Positions 60,263 to 64,000 of a stretch of DNA of 64,000 bases are shown here, piece after piece (within the stretch, counting starts at the first letter, position 1; each line of letters opens with the position of its first letter). The stretch is taken from assembly GCA_044345485.1 (NCBI GenBank), contig JBIJAX010000001.1:25452-89451 (forward strand), given 5' to 3'. The position numbers and the translations under genes are program-made. The DNA comes from Candidatus Kapaibacterium sp. GTDB lineage: Bacteria > Bacteroidota > Ignavibacteria > Kapaibacteriales > Kapaibacteriaceae. The notes below the pieces were generated by a model. That model was given only the letters and a program-made list of their open reading frames with translations, was not told where the DNA came from and searched no databases.

Positions 60263-61116
60263 CGTACCACCATAGTTTCAGATGTAAGTTCGGCCGTGGA
60301 CTTGCCGTTGAGTTCATCGATGAGCTCAACGATTTCTTGCAATGAAAAATCGCAGAACCATCTGTCTGCCCTGTCGGCAATGGATGGTACTCCCTTTCCT
60401 CGTTGCGTGTTGGCGATCACAACATTCGGTCTACCCTGACCTGTCATGAGTGCTGTAAACGTCTGATCAAGGTCATCAAAGTCATGTCCGTCTGCCTGAT
60501 GTACGAACCATCCGAACGAACGGAACTTGTCCGTAAGGGGCTCTAAAGGAACAAGTTCTTCAGTCCTCATGTTGGCTTGAAACCCATTGCGGTCTACGAC
60601 CATGATCAGGTTATCAACCTTATTAGCGGCGGCGGTGAGAGCCCCCTCCCAGATTGATCCTTCATTCAGTTCACCGTCACCAACAATCACCACCACTCGT
60701 GTTGGCAGTCCCTTCATACGAGCGTCAATAGCCATGCCGATCCCAACACTTAGCAAGTGACCAAGAGAACCCGAGTGGAATTCGACACCTGGTATGTCAC
60801 GATTGGGATGCCAATAGATCGAATCGTTGGTAGACAAGTGATGCTGCAGTCTGGCCGGTTCGATGTATCCCAGTTCAGCAAACACGCCATATAGCGCCGG
60901 AACGTCGTGACCCTTGGAAAGCAGCAGGATGTCGCGGTATTCATCACGCACCATCGCAGGGCTAATTCGTAGATACCGCGAATAGAGATAGACAAGGAGG
61001 TCGGCACAGGACAATGAGGCTCCGGTAAACGCGCCGCCATTTGTAGACATCCGTAGGATATGTTCGCGCACATTGCGTGCAGTTCGCTCAAGTGTTTGTG
61101 CGTCGTCTAGATTCAT
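60259..61116 (-). CDS. transketolase, N-terminal (TPP-binding) subunit
   Basis: LSKGHDVPALY, GSLGHLLSVGIGMA and GDGELNEGSIWE identify the TPP-binding half. Confidence 0.8.
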   Translation of the reverse strand: MNLDDAQTLERTARNVREHILRMSTNGGAFTGASLSCADLLVYLYSRYLRISPAMVRDEYRDILLLSKGHDVPALYGVFAELGYIEPARLQHHLSTNDSIYWHPNRDIPGVEFHSGSLGHLLSVGIGMAIDARMKGLPTRVVVIVGDGELNEGSIWEGALTAAANKVDNLIMVVDRNGFQANMRTEELVPLEPLTDKFRSFGWFVHQADGHDFDDLDQTFTALMTGQGRPNVVIANTQRGKGVPSIADRADRWFCDFSLQEIVELIDELNGKSTAELTSETMVVR

Positions 61117-61952
61117 GCGGCCTCCGATGATGAAGATGTTTCGCCGGCCCAGAATCGCGTTTCAGAGGGATGGATAGTTCGGAGAACATCAAGGTGATGT
61201 CGATACCAGTTCACCCCACAGAGATGAGCATTTAACATTGCCACCTCTGGATGCTGTTCAATGTGATCTATGATATCAGCAAAGGAAAACTCTGGGTTAT
61301 CAGGGTACAGTGCCTCATAGACTGATCGAATGAGCTTATAATCATCGTGATAATCAATTGTCCATCGATGACTCATGCTTAAGTCTGCACCGTTTGGATT
61401 AGTCACATTGCAGCACTGTATGCTGGTGTTGCCATCCCACAACCATGGTGTGGTGTGCTCGCGCTCATGGGGTGCTTTGGCTGTAACGAAGGCTCTTCGT
61501 AGCACGTCGATCGACATCACTTCGACGTCATTACCGTCAGGCCATGTTGCAGGGTGAAGATTACTCGTGTATTCAACGTCCGGGTATCGCTCAAGGAACC
61601 GTTCTACAACTAAGTCGATGATGTCAGGATCGATGAGCGGACAATCCGACGGCACCTTCACAACAATGTCTGCGTCATGCGTAACCGCAGCATGGTAGGT
61701 TCTATCAAGTAGATCTGTTGTGTGCCCGCGATACCAGTTCCAGCCATGAGCATCACACATCTTCACGATTGCGCCGTCCTCCGTACGCATTGTTGTAGCC
61801 ACTACAACGTCATGCGCATACTTCGCCCTTGAAACACGTTCAACAAATCGCTGAAGCAAGGGGGCTCCAGCAAGAGGCAGCATAACTTTGCCGGGCAAAC
61901 GCGTCGAGCCCATTCGTGCCTGGCAAACCAACACAACATGCGGAGTACTCAT
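61113..61952 (-). CDS. cytidylyltransferase (SpsF/NeuA/PseF family)
   Basis: VVLVCQARMGSTRLPGKV is the CMP-sugar synthetase N-terminal signature. It shares an ATGA overlap with the upstream gene. Confidence 0.7.
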   Translation of the reverse strand: MSTPHVVLVCQARMGSTRLPGKVMLPLAGAPLLQRFVERVSRAKYAHDVVVATTMRTEDGAIVKMCDAHGWNWYRGHTTDLLDRTYHAAVTHDADIVVKVPSDCPLIDPDIIDLVVERFLERYPDVEYTSNLHPATWPDGNDVEVMSIDVLRRAFVTAKAPHEREHTTPWLWDGNTSIQCCNVTNPNGADLSMSHRWTIDYHDDYKLIRSVYEALYPDNPEFSFADIIDHIEQHPEVAMLNAHLCGVNWYRHHLDVLRTIHPSETRFWAGETSSSSEAA

Positions 61953-62968
61953 GATGCCCTCCGAGAAACTGTGACGTCTTTGAGAGGATAGACGTTGCAT
62001 GTTGGTCTACTTAGTAGATCGACACATTCATCAGCAATTGCTCTTGCCGATGTTCCTCCGTTCTGTATCGGACAAAGTCTGCGTAGCTCCTCCATTGGGA
62101 AGTCGCTGTATACATCCTTGCCAAGGGCGATACCAACATAGACGCATGAGCTGTATTTCGTTATCAATACATCGCAGTCTGCAATAAGTGCATCAATACT
62201 GCAGCTATGGTACACTTTTGCATCTGGAGCATATCGTTCGATTTCACGTGTAGCTCTTGCAACGTTCTCATTTGGATGCAGCTTAAAGACGAGTTTACGC
62301 CCAGCTGCAATGCGCACTGCATGTTCAATCGTCTTGCGTCGATTCTCGTACTTAAACGTCTCCCGTGCATCGCTTGTTGCAACAAGTACATAGCCCGATG
62401 CTTGCGGCAGAGTGGACGCCACAAATGAACTACAGTTGTCGAAGTTTGGAATACCTGTTACGACAATCTTTGCAGGGTTGGCCCCCTTCCTAACGAATAA
62501 CTTCTTATACCCCTCCGATGCAACACACATGCGTTCATAAGCATGAGAGAGACCAAATGTGGACGTTGATGCAAGGTAGCGTGGGAGCCGGAGTAACTTT
62601 ACGACGTGATACATGACCGTTTCTGGATCCGTCATGCCCTCCTGCACTAGCACAATGCGTTTCTTGCGAATGTTGCTAGGAAGGAATAGATCGCTGCATG
62701 TCACAACCAAATCGTAGTCATGCTGACGTCCAGCAAAGTCGATGTTGAGATTGTGTTTACGCAACAGATCAGCTGCTCTTTGCTGATGGCCCTTACCAAC
62801 GATGGTCCACTCCAGAAGACCATTGCGTTCTAGCATACCCAGCAATCCGTCAGTATAGTGCGGCGTAAACCAACACTCATACATCGGCAGGTGTTCAGCG
62901 ATCTTCATCATCATCGTGGTCTGATTAACAGAGCCGCAGATGAAGAGGATTCTCTTATAGTTTATCAT
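61949..62968 (-). CDS. putative GT-B-like glycosyl/ulosonate transferase (KpsC/KpsS or TagF-like HP motif)
   Basis: A Rossmann-like N-terminus (RILFICGS) and a VFKLHPNE motif suggest this fold. The call is family-level only. Confidence 0.35.
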   Translation of the reverse strand: MINYKRILFICGSVNQTTMMMKIAEHLPMYECWFTPHYTDGLLGMLERNGLLEWTIVGKGHQQRAADLLRKHNLNIDFAGRQHDYDLVVTCSDLFLPSNIRKKRIVLVQEGMTDPETVMYHVVKLLRLPRYLASTSTFGLSHAYERMCVASEGYKKLFVRKGANPAKIVVTGIPNFDNCSSFVASTLPQASGYVLVATSDARETFKYENRRKTIEHAVRIAAGRKLVFKLHPNENVARATREIERYAPDAKVYHSCSIDALIADCDVLITKYSSCVYVGIALGKDVYSDFPMEELRRLCPIQNGGTSARAIADECVDLLSRPTCNVYPLKDVTVSRRAS

Positions 62969-63083
62969 TGCCCCACACAGAACGATTGCAGAAGGAAGAA
63001 CTCCCGCAAATCTCATGTGTGGCTGTCATGTAATCGTTACGACAATATTTCTTTTGCGTAACTGGGGTGATGGAGCCGTAATA

Positions 63084-64000
63084 CTACGGTTTCTGCCATT
63101 GCGGATTTCGCACTGCTGTTGAATCTGTTAACGATTTCATAAACGCAACAAGAGCAGCTTTTTCAGTATCAGTGAGATTAAGTTTCTTCACGCGCCTGTC
63201 TCTATTCGGGAACGGGAGGCCACCATCATTGTAATGATCAACAACCTGCTCAAGAGTATTCATCGGCCCCTTCTCAGCATCGCCACTTGCCATATACGGC
63301 GGTGTTAGAGCAATGTTCCGCAAGGTCGGCGTCTTGAATAGTCCTTCGTCCTTCGGATCCTTGGTCACGTTGTATCGGCCACGGTCGAAGTAGTGGCTGA
63401 ATAACCCAATGTTCTGGAACTGATCATTGGTAAAGTCCTGCCCACCGTGACATGAACCGCACATCGTTTTGTTACTGAAGAACAGATTCATGCCTTCGCG
63501 CTCTTGCGCTGTTAACGCCGACGTGTTACCGAGCACGTACTGATCATAACGACTGTTAGCACTTACGATGGTGCGTTCAAAACTTGCTATAGCCTTCATG
63601 ACGCGGCTCATGGTAACGGCAGTGTCGCCGAATGCATTCAGCCACGTCTTGGCGTAATCAGATGTTCGCATCAATGCTGCAACCGCAACTGTGTCTGCAT
63701 CCATCTCGACCGAACTCAAGAACGCAGCCATGGCTTGTTGTTCAAGCGTCGATGCTCTGCCGTCCCAGAAGAACGACGTTCGGTAAGCAGCGTTAACAAT
63801 AGTTGGACTGTTGCGCTGTCCGCGAGCCCCATTTACTCCTCTGCTAACTTGATTCGGGGCATCGGAAAATGCAAGCTGTGGACTGTGACATGAAGCGCAT
63901 GCAACTGTTCCGTCTCCCGAGAGTCTGGTGTCATAGAATAGCTGACGTCCCAACTCAACTTTAGCAGGTGTCAGAGGATTATCCGCTGGTACTGGCACTC
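63084..64000 (-). CDS. di-heme cytochrome c peroxidase (CCP/MauG family), 5' end beyond window
   Basis: It has a first CxxCH (CASCHSP) and a second (CGSCHGG), plus the family motif LFYDTRLS. The N-terminal signal peptide is not seen in the window. Confidence 0.8.
   Translation of the reverse strand, partial: VPVPADNPLTPAKVELGRQLFYDTRLSGDGTVACASCHSPQLAFSDAPNQVSRGVNGARGQRNSPTIVNAAYRTSFFWDGRASTLEQQAMAAFLSSVEMDADTVAVAALMRTSDYAKTWLNAFGDTAVTMSRVMKAIASFERTIVSANSRYDQYVLGNTSALTAQEREGMNLFFSNKTMCGSCHGGQDFTNDQFQNIGLFSHYFDRGRYNVTKDPKDEGLFKTPTLRNIALTPPYMASGDAEKGPMNTLEQVVDHYNDGGLPFPNRDRRVKKLNLTDTEKAALVAFMKSLTDSTAVRNPQWQKP

Noticed and set aside
54734-63016. Interpreting the sugar operon as a phosphonate (aminoethylphosphonate) biosynthesis cluster
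   Set aside because: There is no PEP mutase and no phosphonopyruvate decarboxylase. The TPP enzyme has canonical transketolase motifs (LSKGH…PALY, GDGE…EG) rather than the Ppd/acetolactate-synthase type.
1-64000. CRISPR arrays, tRNA genes, transposases or integrases, prophage or restriction-modification genes
   Set aside because: I looked for direct-repeat/spacer periodicity, GTTCGAATC-type T-arm motifs in intergenic regions, and DDE or tyrosine-recombinase motifs in all ORFs. None were found. Intergenic space is small except for the rnpB gap.

Overview
This 64-kb chromosomal segment comes from a Gram-negative bacterium of the FCB group (Bacteroidetes/Chlorobi/Ignavibacteria-like). The evidence is a 287-aa primary sigma factor, four cargo proteins with type IX secretion system (T9SS) C-terminal sorting domains, and TAnnTTTG-type promoter motifs. 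I call about 55 protein-coding genes, one RNase P RNA (rnpB, in the only long ORF-free gap) and several intrinsic terminators. I found no tRNA or rRNA genes, no CRISPR arrays and no transposases, integrases or other mobile-element signatures. The content is mostly housekeeping: ctp, rpoD, rimM-trmD, mpl, recQ, purM, purN, metH, tsaA, nif3, lipA, scpAB, alr, asparaginase, hppD, gdh, iscS-like, secA and a MacAB-type efflux system. The segment also carries four T9SS cargo proteins, two of them very large (1432 and 1572 aa). The most interesting region is a tightly coupled nine-gene minus-strand operon at about 54.7-63.0 kb. It combines a NeuB-like synthase lacking the SAF domain, a split transketolase, a class-III aminotransferase, an SDR, a SpsF/NeuA-type cytidylyltransferase and a GT-B/KpsC-S-like transferase. 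I interpret this as a candidate pathway for an undescribed CMP-activated amino-ulosonic acid. Other oddities are a secA intrinsic terminator embedded inside the 3' coding end of the convergent hlyD-like gene, a long RecQ translationally coupled to a giant S8 protease, and a CxxCH motif in an Ig-repeat T9SS cargo protein.
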